A stretch of 64,000 bases of DNA from Dipteris shenzhenensis (Eukaryota), in assembly GCA_047967505.1 (NCBI GenBank), contig CM106538.1; one strand, written 5' to 3'. How positions within the stretch are numbered: the stretch's first letter is position 1; the number at the start of each line of letters is the position of its first letter. Shown piece after piece: positions 11,211-22,260 of the stretch. Made by a program: the position numbers and the translations under genes. The notes under the pieces were generated by a model. That model searched no databases. It was not told where the DNA came from and worked only from the letters and a program-made list of their open reading frames with translations.

Positions 11211-13631
11211 GCAAAAAGAAGAGGCTGGAGCAGAGTGCTGATTCTTCCATCAAAAAACAAATGGAACCAGAAGAGGACAGTTCTCCAGATTTGCTCCTAT
11301 TTGAGTTTCTTCACAAATGCAAGGCTCAGAGTAACTTCCATATATACCACAGTATTTTCAACATGGAGTTCACAATGAGCTCTGTACTGGAGTAGCACAA
11401 AGATTTTCTTTCAGACTATTGGGATGCCTTCAAAGAACTGACAGAGGCAGGAAGAATTGTGGGAAGAGAAAAGGTTTTTGTGCACCTAAATCATATTGTC
11501 TCCAATGACAGGCTGAGGTACCATGTGAACAGAAGATTTGACAGCCTGCCTGATCACTATAAATTCAACTGTACTTTGCACACCAGAAAGTGCAGAGTGC
11601 TGGAGGAGAGCATGGCATTTCTTATGTACATTGTCTTCAGTCAGGAGTCTTTGGATGAACAAGGGCAGGAAATAGAAGAAGAAGACACATCTGAAGCTTC
11701 TGAAAAGGAGGATGTTTCTTTGGTCACAGAAATGGCAGAGCAAGAAGAAGATATCAACCTTCAGGATGAGGGGCTGCAAGTGGCTGCTCTTGACCTTGTT
11801 CAACTGAGGACAAAAACTCTGAGGGGAGCAGAGCCAGTTGAAGATTTTGATGTTCAGAGCAGCAACTATGCAGTGCCCATGCTTCCAGGTGTGTTGATTG
11901 GTGGAAAGGATTATGTTTTCCTCCATGATATAGAGTGTATGTTTGATTTGAGGGAGCTCCATCAAATTGAATAATCCAAGATGTCATCACACCAAGACGA
12001 GAATTCGGACATCCCAAGTTTCTCGGTAGTCCAAAATAGGTAGGAGAAGAGGGTGGGGAGAATTCAACACTTGAGCCAAACGTTCAGCACCAAATAAACT
12101 TGCAATTCTTTGTTGATAGTTTATCTTAAGCCCAAAAAGAATTACAATTTGAAGCTCGAAATGAGGCACAAAAGGCTGATTAGGTACAAATGGATTCCTT
12201 GGTCGAAACATTACCAACCATAGCCAAGGCCTAGAAACCTTTGTAATGAGATTGTGAATAAACCATTCAGGACGAGCTTTTCCACAGGAATCAACAAGCA
12301 GATGCGCCAAATCTCCCCCCAAGCTTGGGGAGCATCCCACCCTTCGAAGAAGGAAACCGTTTTGATTACCTCTGAAGCAGCAAGTAGGGCTACTGCAAGG
12401 TGATCATATGTGAGTTTACATTCCATCACCTCCCCTTAGTGCATGCATTGCTACTTAAGGTGGTCAAGTGTGGCTTTTACATGTCAATACCTCCCCTCGG
12501 TGCTTACATGGCTACTCTTAGGTGGTCAGGTTTGATTATAAGAATATAGGCTAAAGGTGGCAAGGATGTTGCTTCTTAATGTTGATGATGATTGCTTCTT
12601 TGCTTGATGTAGCTTGATGCATGATGCTTTGTTATTCCATGTGGCTTGATGCTTTATGTGTGGATGCCACGTTATGGGCTATGGTCATCTCAATGCAATT
12701 TCCCTTATTGCCCAGGCTTCAAGGCTTGACAAGGAGGTTGGCATAGAGGATGACCATTCACTACTGGCTTTGGAAACAATGTTTGATCCTATAGAGGCCC
12801 TTTCATTTTGTTTCAAAGAGGCTGAAAGGTTCCAAGAGCCAGATGAAGCTGCCTTCTAGCTCACATAGGAAGCTATGAATCTCTCAGCACTATACACAGA
12901 AAAGCCTAAAGAAGAGGCTGGACAAGAAGGGAGAGGGATAAATCTTTGGAAAGATGAACTGCTTGTTGCTGATGAAAATGAGAAGGTACTTCAAATCATA
13001 TACTTTGACTTCTGCTTAACTTTGTTTTTGTAGGTTGTGTATTGTCTCACTCCAATCCTTTGATATGTTGCAGCTACAAATTGAGGATGACACATTCCTC
13101 CAGAAATCAAGTGGAAGCAGGCAGGTTGGGTTTCGCAAAATGTCAGGCCTAGCTCATTATATTCATGATCTAGGCAGTGCCAAGATCTTGATTTACCATA
13201 GGCAGTTGAGCAACAATGGAGAAGCCATTGTTTACTTCCTAAAATGTTTGTCCAGGGCTTTAGGAGGACATGCTCTTTCATGGCAAAAGGAAAAGATCAT
13301 TTTGATAGAGAGGTTGTCTGCCATAGATATATTTGGAGATTATGTGAATAAGCAGGCCTCTAGGGCCGCTTACTTTTTGTCTTACATTTCTTATGCATTA
13401 GCATGTGGTGTTAAGGAGCCCAAATATCTGGAGGGCTATGGAAAACACCAGCTCGTAAGGTTTCGAGAGCCACCCATGATTGCATCAAGCCACACAGTCC
13501 AAGAAGAGGAACAGGTGGAGAGAGCTGAAGAAAAGGATAAAGAGACAGTCGACATCAAGCCAATAAAGAAGAAAAAGACTCCAATCAAGATCAAAAAGAG
13601 AGTTCCGATCGGCAGGCCCTGGGAGAAATAG
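11211..13631 (+). pseudogene. Disrupted multi-exon cargo gene of unknown function (gene C); a short first exon may lie near 10248-10266
   Basis: Exon-like frames after AG acceptors at 11211-11980, ~12716-12986 and ~13074-13631; several TAG/TAA stops; interrupted by an LTR fragment; acidic central tract and basic C-terminus. Confidence 0.65.
11982..12697 (-). mobile_element. Truncated LTR-element fragment (3' internal region, PPT and one LTR of ~447 bp)
   Basis: Minus strand reads AAGGGGAGG-TGATGGAATG...GATGACA; 12380-12697 is the reverse-complement homolog of ~48400-48680. Confidence 0.75.
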
Positions 13632-13935
13632 GATTTAGTCATCGAATATAGCACAAACATTATATTAAATTTGAACTGATTTGTATAAAGTCTTTGATAT
13701 CTGATTAATAAGTTGATGATGAAATAATTTGTACATTTACATAGAGTGGTGTCGTTAAATATTAAATGAACAATATATTGAAATTGTAAACAAATTGTAT
13801 TAAGTTCAGATCATATGTTTCACATTGAAATACTTTTCATGCATAACACCAAGAGTCACTTGTTCCACTAAAAAAATTTCTATTGAATGAGTTTGAAAAC
13901 ATGTGGACATAACACCAATAAGTTACAAATGAGTC

Positions 13936-16672
13936 CTATTCATGTTTACTTGTCCATTTATGGTTTCTAAATATCTTCGATTCCCTCCATTGTCTATGTC
14001 TCTCTGCTGCAATTGAATTGTCTAGAGCTTGTCTTCGTCTTTGCTTTTGGGCTAGAAGAAAAGCAAGCTTGATTTTGGAGCTAGCAACTTTTCTTTTAGC
14101 ATGCAGCCTCTGTAGTATGCCTCGGTAAAACCATTGGAAGACTTCCTTCAGACTATTCGCCTTCTGACTCCCTCCATAGTGTTGTGTGTGTCTAAAAAAT
14201 GCATTACGTGCCATGTAGTGAGACGTCTCCATGCCTTGGGTAGACCAAATAGCTGGGCATCCATACTTTTTGACAAAATAGGGAAGGTGGTTGTATATGA
14301 TATGCTGTAAGACATAAGAATGCATAGTAAGTAATAAAAAAAAAGAGGATCACACTTAAGTAAAAGAAAAAGACATAACCTTACCATGTAGTGAGTTATA
14401 TTGCAGGCTGTCCACGCGTCTTTCATTGACTTTCCAAAATGTTTAATTGCCTCCTCAAAGTTCTTGTAATCACTCTTTGTCCATGTTACTTTGTCACAGA
14501 ACATGAAGAGTTGATCAAGAGACCTCCACACCTCTGCCTTCCTATTTCGTGCTTCCCCATCTGCCTCATGATCTTTCACAGCATTATGGACTTGCTTCCA
14601 CAATCCATAATTAATCTTTGAAACTGCTCTACCTTGCCTTACTTGCTTACTGTGTTTGGGTCGAGACAAGAATCTTCTTGCCTTAACACCACCAATAGAG
14701 GGCTTGATTGGTACCTCCTTGCCATTGGTAGACTTTTTAAAATCCTTTGTGATTTGAACATCTCCTCCATGCAGACCTATATCGGATAACACTTTTTCCA
14801 ATGCTTGAAGAGCATCCTTTCTATTTTTTTCGGGACGGAGTTTCCAAGCAAATCCAATATATAAAAATACCAATTTCTCAATAATTCGACATAGACCATG
14901 CAATGTGCAGATGTGAACATTACATAGTGGAATGTCCAGAATGGCCTTGAAGTCAGGGTCAACTTTATCTCTATTAGGTGCTCTCTTCCACCATTTTGAA
15001 TCCACTACTTGAGCTGATTCTTTGCAGTAAAGACAAGGAGACTTTGAGTTGCCTCCTTTACTAATGTTATACATGCACTTAAGTGTTTTAAGATCCCCGG
15101 CCATGTGCCACTCTACTTGAAAATCACCTTTTCCTGCAACATGGAGATTCTCGCCTTGCACTTGTCTTTTGATTATTCTTGGTATTTCCGTGTGGTGAAA
15201 CACCCAATCTAGTGTTTCATGGTCTTCGGTCTTCACCTGCGAGATTATAGAAAACAAAAGTATTACTATATCAGATTTGAAAACAATGACCAAAATCAAG
15301 TATAAAACAACCCATGATCATACTTGGAACGAGCCTAACCACCATATGTGTTTCTCTGACTGCACACTAAAATACTTCGAACTCGCTTCAGTCAATGATG
15401 TATCAATTGCTCCATTCATCAATGTAATAGTAACTCTTTCCATTTTCTTTTCCTTTACAACCTCACACTCATCCAGTTTGATAACAAATTTTAAAATGCC
15501 TTTGCACTCCTCAAATGTTATTCCATAAAACTCGACCATTCTTTTTTGAAGTTGTTGCAGATCTAAAAATATATTGTTCCAAGGATCATACACAGTGGTT
15601 CCTTTAACACCATGAAATATTTCTTCAATATGGATATATTGCCCAATAAATTCATCTATACTTTCATTCAAATGACCTCTTATCCTCCACACGGTTGCTG
15701 GATTTGGCAGTAAAACTCGTTTAATCCTTTGATCTTTCAAAGTTGAGGATATCGCATGGAAAATCGAACTATATCCCTTCCTGCTAACTCCACTAACATC
15801 AAGAGCCTCTTGGATTATAGTGCCATCAACTTGATTATTGGATACAAAGTCCTCTACAACATTGCGTTTGACTGTTTTGTATTTTTTTTCCTCAATCAAA
15901 CCTTTTGCTACACCGCAAGAAAGCAATCCTTTCATTTGTTTAACAGGAAGAAGGTTTGGGTCCATATTTTCTTTTGCAGGCTCCAATAATTTCCTGTAGT
16001 AACAACACAATATGACTATATTATTCAGCACCTCCATTCTTATTTTGCGACAATCAACGAAATAGATATAGTCTGGAAGAGAGCCTTTTTGAGTATACAA
16101 AATGATAAATTTCAATCTAACCTTGCTTCCTGAATTCGTCGCTTGCATCCACCAGTCCCAGCCTTTAAATTTGCAATGTTTTTAATCTTCCTGCTACGTA
16201 GTCTGTCTCCAAGCACGGTTCTCTTCTTTCTTGCTCTTGTCAACTCTTTTTTACTCTTTGAATGCTCCTCAATTTCATTCTGCAACTGCTGCTCCAATTT
16301 TGCACGAATGGCTATCTCCTCCATCTTGGCCCCCTTTTCTTGTAGGTACATCATTTTATACGTTTCCGCAAATGCAGACTGCGCGGAAATATAACCAAGA
16401 AGTCCATTTTGTCCATCGCCGGCAAACCTCAGTAATGTGGTGGGATTGACAAATGGAGGTGTAGAGTTTTTTACTTGACATTTTGGATATATGCTTCCAT
16501 CACACCATAAGTCAATATGTTGAAGCCCTTCTCTTCTCATATTTTCCCGCTGTTGAGCATTCAGCACCGTATCCTTTCGTCTTTTTTGTGCTGGAGCATA
16601 TTGTTCTTCTAAGTCGATGTGAAGATGGTGTAATCGCTTCTTCTCAGATAGTGACTCACTAGTATCGGCCAT
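13936..16672 (-). CDS. RAG1/Transib-like DDE transposase (exons 16672-16122, 15993-15324, 15236-14385, 14304-13936; ~813 aa, intact)
   Basis: Spliced ORF of 2442 nt without internal stops. Motifs in RAG1-core order: VIKLDECE (D1), QSEKH, EDHETL, AGDLK (D2), CLYC, ICTLH, ITHYMHIIYNH, AIWSTQGMETSH (E). Confidence 0.85.
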
Positions 16673-17032
16673 TTTTTGTGCTTCCCAGGTTGCGAAGTTT
16701 GTTTTTCAATCTCATAGTCGTTTTGTAACATGAATCGTGGAAGTGTGGCGGTATCCATGTGAATATTTTCAATCACTAAGTTCAGTGATGGACTCTTTAT
16801 GAAAGGCCTGCACACGTCGGCCAAAGAGATGCGGAATCTTTAGTAAACAAAAAAAAATCTAAGAGGATATTTAATACAAAATCGTGTTAGTCAGACAAAA
16901 GATTATCTTATTCCTTTTTGAATTGACAGTTCTATAGTCCTTACTGACAATTCTGAGCCACGTTTCCGTATTTTACTATTTTTGAGGTCTTTTAGGAGAG
17001 AAATAAATCAAAAAATAGTGAATTTCTTACAG

Positions 17033-17064
17033 GGCCCCAAAATGAGTTCCCTTTTTCCCTAATG
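17033..17064 (-). repeat. Right inverted repeat (candidate TIR); terminal TTCCCTAATG repeated at 17087-17096
   Basis: GGCCCCAAAATGAGTTCCCTTTTTCCCTAATG. Confidence 0.85.
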
Positions 17065-17124
17065 CTTTGTTACTGCAAAAATATCCTTCCCTAATGATTT
17101 ATTCTTACCTCCCTCTAAGCTTAC

Positions 17125-17515
17125 CAATGCAACAAATTGACCACAAATTCATATTTTGGTGCATTAAATTTTACTAGATGGTGCACAAAGACATGATAAT
17201 CATCGGAAATACACCTTGCCATTTGATTTGATATGTAACATGACCCCATTTGGACTTGTAAATCAAAAGATACAGGGATGTGAAAATGTCGTCTTTTGGG
17301 ACAAAACAGGGATTTCACATCCTTTTTTGGCCCAAAAGATGAGTTTTTAACGTCCCTGCATCTTTTTATTGTCAAATATAAATGGCATAATGTTACATAT
17401 TAAATCAAATGACAAGGCATGATTTAGATCAATATCATGCCTTTTTGCACCATCTAAAAAAAATTGTCTGCATCAGAATATTATTTTGTGAAATTATGTA
17501 CAATTTTTTGCACTA
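17125..17515. repeat. ~400-bp imperfect foldback (MITE-like)
   Basis: Arm AGATGGTGCACAAAGACATGAT..CCTTGCCATTTGATTTGATATGTAACAT pairs with ATGTTACATATTAAATCAAATGACAAGG..ATCATGCCTTTTTGCACCATCT; centre near 17314. Confidence 0.8.
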
Positions 17516-18066
17516 AGTTTAAAGCAAGGTTTCCCATAATGGGGAGCGCGAAGACATTGTCTATTTTGGCAAAAAATAAAATAAAATTTAACATCCTCTA
17601 CCTTTTAATTACACTCTGGGAATTACTCTTCATAAACCCATAAAGCATGTGCAAGCAAGCATGTACTAAAAATTACCCCTATTCTTGCATTTTTACATGT
17701 TCTCATGTAAATGGTGAAACCCCTGTACGTGTTTACATTTTCAAGCTTAAAATTGTGACACTCTTTCATAAATCTACATATATAAATTACACTAAGTTGC
17801 TATCTTATAAATCCCCTCATGCACATAAATAGCATGTAAGTCCCCCCACTAAAAACTAGCCCTCAATACACTAAAGTGCTATGTTACATGTTTATTAGTG
17901 ACCCCCCCAGATAATTTCTAAACCCAAATGGGGTCATGTTATAATAGTCCTTAACTTTAGACTACTCAATTTCAAGAATTGTGACACATAACCACCCTTT
18001 TGAATACTTTATACTTCAAGCAATTATTTTATAAAAAACTTAGATTCTTTTTTTGCTTTCTTCACA

Positions 18067-18360
18067 CGACAATGGAAATTCACCTATCTAAACCTACGAG
18101 AATAATGTAGCTTACCAATTCTACAGTCATTAAACACAAAAACATTCCAAAGACACAAAGATGATATTCTAAGTAATACAAACATTCTCGCCTCCCAAAT
18201 ATTTTGCCTACAAGAAACACACTCCAAAACTTATCAAGACCCTACCATTCCAAACTTCAAACATGTTATGGAGACAATGGGCGTCGGAATTACAACTTAC
18301 TACAAATTAGAACTAAACGTACTAAATAAACAAGGGTGCATGTATGCACAAAAGCACTAG
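18067..18360 (+). pseudogene. APE/EEP endonuclease N-terminal remnant of the Helentron
   Basis: Translation RQWKFTYLNLRE*CSLPILQSLNTKTFQRHKDDILSNTNILASQIFCLQETH. Confidence 0.75.
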
Positions 18361-18759
18361 CATTCGGCTTATGAGGCTCTATCAACAATTAAGGCTGTGT
18401 CGAAAAGAAATTCAAGGAAAATTTTTGCATCCATGTAGTTGAAAAAATGCAAGGTTACTTCAAAGCAGAGAGCCTCTACTTAACTTTGAGAGACCCGCTT
18501 ATTGTCACTGATAGATCTCTATATTTCAAAGTTCCTTTTTATGTCATGGAGCACATAACTACAATCTTAAACTAGAACTTGGATCGTACCGTTTAATGAA
18601 AGTTTCATAAAGAGAAAAGAAAAAATAAACATTACACAAGGTCCATCAAGACCCGATCCTCCCTGCAAAAAAAGGCGAGCCTAGCATTCAAAACAAGAAC
18701 AATGGACCTAAACAAATCAGTCGTCGATAACACCTTGCACAAACAGAACTTAAACCGTA

Positions 18760-19416
18760 TCATGCATTATGGTTGCACACCAAGTGATTGTTTATCTGAC
18801 GCAATCCTCAGGGGGGTCACTCATTATATGTAACCCTATCATGTGAGTTCAACAGAAGGATGTTTTTAATATCTAAATTTAACAAAAGTTAATTTACATA
18901 AGGGAGTACTTAAAACAATTTTCAAAAAAATTTACAGATTTGTATAGAAAAAGGGTACATTTTATTAATGAAAAATTTACAGATAAGGGATTTTAGAAAT
19001 ATGCCTTGAACGCACGTGATATTGAGGGTTTATACATAGTGACCCCCCTGAGACGCAATCGCATACCTGTTGGAAAACAGGATGACCTTTGAACAACTAC
19101 GGACTACAACACTCTAAAATTTTGTTTCGAACTTGCACAACAATGACCAACACGCAATAAAATATTTCAACACATATTTGGATTTGAGCTTCAACAACAA
19201 GGAGTTAAAACGCACGACGAATACCTTACATGAATGAGTGTTCCGACATTAGGCGGTGGTCTTTGGGGAGATAGATTTGCCATTGCATGGCTTTCAAAGT
19301 TCCTTCAAAGGCCTATTCAAGTGTGGTCACCTTTAACTGGAAAGATATGTATGCAGTGTGGCAATGAAAACAAATCGACCCCATTACGGATCTTGTATGA
19401 TGACAATTCTATACAC
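18760..19416 (+). pseudogene. OTU-like cysteine protease remnant (Helentron-associated), split by a MITE
   Basis: GCTPSDCLSDAI|AYLLEN rejoins across the MITE; WGDRFAIAWLSKFLQRPIQVW..LRILY. Confidence 0.7.
18807..19052. mobile_element. 246-bp MITE with 15-bp perfect TIR and 8-bp TSD (hAT/P-like)
   Basis: TIR CTCAGGGGGGTCACT / AGTGACCCCCCTGAG; TSD ACGCAATC at 18799-18806 and 19053-19060. Confidence 0.92.
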
Positions 19417-20344
19417 CCTTAGTGCTTTGAGCCTCCTTTATTTGAGTTTTTCTTATTCTTTTACAGTCTCAATAAACCCGTTAGGCAAGCATAAATCCCG
19501 TTTGGCAGGCATAAAGCCCTTTCAACAGGTAACATCCGTTTTCAAGCAAATTAACAAATGGTTTTTTTTAAAAGGTGAACCGGCTTTTCTGGCAAATGGC
19601 TCTTTGGATTGCAATTTTTTTTTTCCAAGCATAGGCTTAGTAACTATGTCTACCACAGCTTTTTCTTTACCCAAGGATCTATGGAGCTCTATCTCCCAAC
19701 TTGTAATAATACTCTAGCTCATTGACACTTCTCAAGATGTACTTGCAAGACTTGGCATCGACTTTCCGAGAGAGGGGAGATTTTTGCCTTCGCATGTAGA
19801 TTTAGCAGCAGTGTCCCTCGTCTGCTCAATTCTAACCTCCAATAGCGGTGTCCCTCGTCTACTCAACTCTAATATGTCCTTGCCATTGTAGCTCTCACCT
19901 GCTCTCCTCAAAAAGTCATCCCAAGTGCTACTAGGTCCCGTCTCCATGTAATCAAAGGGTAATCCCCCACCCTGGTTGCACGTGACAATCACTCTTCACA
20001 ATCTGGAACTCAACACTGTAGCCTCGTTCCCTTAGCCTAAGGTTCAAAAATGTTTTGCTACTTGTATGAGATTGCATTCCCTTTTGTATTTCATTGTTCA
20101 CACATTCTAGAATTCCCGCAGAAGGTTTATAGTTTCGGCTCTGGGTTGTAGCTCTTGATGTTTCCTTGCAGCTTGTACTTGTTTACGATCATGGGAGAGA
20201 GAGAGGGTGTTGGATTGAAGAGACTGCAATCACCACTAGGATACCGATATCTTTGCTTCAAGTGCCTCATGAAAAAAAGAAATAGGGACCTTCAGCTTCT
20301 TTGATCAAGTTTGCAGGAGATCTGGAATTTTTTGGTGGATTTTC

Positions 20345-20628
20345 TAGGAGAAGAAATCCCCTGCCAAATACTCGTTGCTTGCCAGATGCGCCTCGTATAT
20401 GTCCAATACCTTCTCCAGCTTCTCGTAGTTGGCCTTCACTACCTCCTCGTCCGTCGCTTGCCCCCTGAACTTGGCGAACACCAGCTCCTTCACCAGTGTC
20501 GAAATCGGTGGGTTGAAGTTCTGCGATTCCACTTCCAACCACTGCTCCACCATCGCCTTCTCTTGCAGCGTCTTCCCGTACAGGGGTGTGCCTTGACCCT
20601 CGTACTTTGTCACAACATATCTCACGAT
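20345..20628 (-). pseudogene. Isolated fragment of a phi-class glutathione S-transferase (last-exon region)
   Basis: IVRYVVTKYEGQGTPLYGKTLQEKAMVEQWLEVESQNFNPP..LEKVLDIYEAHLASNEYLAGDFFS; both ends truncated. Confidence 0.88.
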
Positions 20629-21639
20629 TCAGAAAACTATTTCAGTTTCCTCAGAAAGTGCTAATTAATATTGCACCATAAATCTATCATCACCAAAGAC
20701 TCCGCTTTCATTCACCTCAGGGGACGGGCTCTAACAAAAATAAGGCATTCTTGCGTATTGCACAAAAACGTGCATGTTTTCTTGCCAAGTTCATGCCGTA
20801 AAATAAACTCAATAAAACCTCTTCGGCTTGCTGGAATGTTCCATTGTGCATTGCTTATGATGAAATACAGAGAGTGCTTAACAAAAATGGGAGCTCTGTG
20901 GCTAAGATATTAAAGACAACAACTCAAGACACACAACGATCGGACTATACAGCACATAATCGGAGCAACAGAGGGTCAAATTGATGTGTAGTCGAGCAAA
21001 AGAGACAAATTACTACTCACCATAAATCTTGAGGTCGCCATCTTTCAAAACAAGGATGACTCTGAAAGGCTGCAGATGCAGTCCATCTATGATAGTCAGT
21101 CAAAAGCACAGCTCCGACAAAAACTAATGCGCAATGGCGAATCGGCTTGAAAGCGAAGGGAGGGAAGCAAAAGGGGACGTTTTTTTGGTTCCCTGCAATG
21201 GAGAAGGGGACTGGAAGCGACCAAAAACCCCGTCCCTCCATCCCTTCATCCGCCCTCCACCATCTTCCTCCTAAACTTAGCGATGTGTTGTAGTTTCTCT
21301 TGGCCCCGTGCTACCATCCATGCAGCTCTCACTCGCAGGAACAATCGGGATGGATGCGAGAGGCTGTAAGGAAGAAGCTTCCATAGCCTCCTCCATGAGC
21401 AGAGGAGCGACTGCTGGTAGTTTGCTTATAGTTATGGAAATACCAACTCAGGCCACCAATAATAGAGCTCCTCCCAAGTGTCCACGTCTAAAAGGGAAGT
21501 TGGGTCATAAAAAATAGAGCTTTTGAATTTCAAACTCGCCCCAACTTGATCCTTAAGCATTGTCTGTAGGAGAGCCATGCTAACAATATTATTCCAATAA
21601 TGGACTACAATGCCTTCTAAGAGTTTTCAAGCATCCAAA

Positions 21640-22260
21640 ATCTCATAAGATAGCCCTAATAAATGTATATAAGCCTCCCACAACAAAAACACAAACTCTA
21701 ATCCACTCACTAGAACATATACTAAAAAGTTTCAATACAAATATTCCCATGTATATCTTAGGAGACTTCAACATCAACTACAAAGTTAAAACTGGCAAAC
21801 TACTTATACTCATAGGAAAATACAACATGAAACAACTAAGGGCAGTTACACACAGGCGCCCGCCCATCGTAGGGAAGGGGTGAATGCCCATGTGGCATTG
21901 ATGTGGCAAAAAGAATTGGTAGTGCAAAAAAAGGGTCGCCCATCACGATGGGCAAGCAACCTCCCCCACCCAAAGCCCGCCCAAGCGCAAAACCAGGTTT
22001 TGAACCTAAGACCAACGAATAGGATTTCATGAAGCCTTGACCACTATGCCAATTTCAGCTATTTTGTAATAAATGCGCACATTTTTTGTTATGATTTGTC
22101 GAGCTAGTGTGTAAACACACCTCGCCCATCGCCCATCCTCACTTGGGCGGGGTGGGCGGTGTGTAACCAACCTACTATCAGAACCAACTACAATTCACGG
22201 TTCAACCTTGGATCATATCTAGACAAATTCATTCAACGAAAACCCACTTGCAGGAACACA
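21640..22260 (+). pseudogene. APE/EEP endonuclease C-terminal remnant (Helentron type), split by a MITE
   Basis: INVYKPP..IPMYILGDFNIN..YNMKQL|LSEPTTIHGSTLDHI. Confidence 0.75.
21840..22172. mobile_element. MITE (possibly PIF/Harbinger-Tourist-like)
   Basis: Imperfect TIR GGGCAGTTACACAC / GTGTGTAACCAACC; its removal rejoins the endonuclease motifs. Confidence 0.65.

Larger units (their letters stand above)
5222..17064. mobile_element. Putative 11.8-kb TIR DNA transposon with RAG1/Transib-like transposase and three cargo genes
   Basis: CATTAGGAAAAAAGGGAGCTCATTTTGGGGCC (5222-5253) and its reverse complement at 17033-17064 (30/32 identical) enclose four spliced genes. No perfect TSD was found, so the exact ends are uncertain. 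Confidence 0.75.

Noticed and set aside
11211-13631. RAG2 homolog
   Set aside because: Position is suggestive, but no Kelch repeats or PHD Cys/His pattern are visible.
17613-17912. Second copy of the CTCAGGGGGG MITE
   Set aside because: The right-end motif is present, but the left end and TSD are too degenerate to call.
4824-18062. Larger TIR element spanning the whole Helitron interruption
   Set aside because: Only loose A-rich similarity between the ends and no TSD; cannot be supported, though not excluded.
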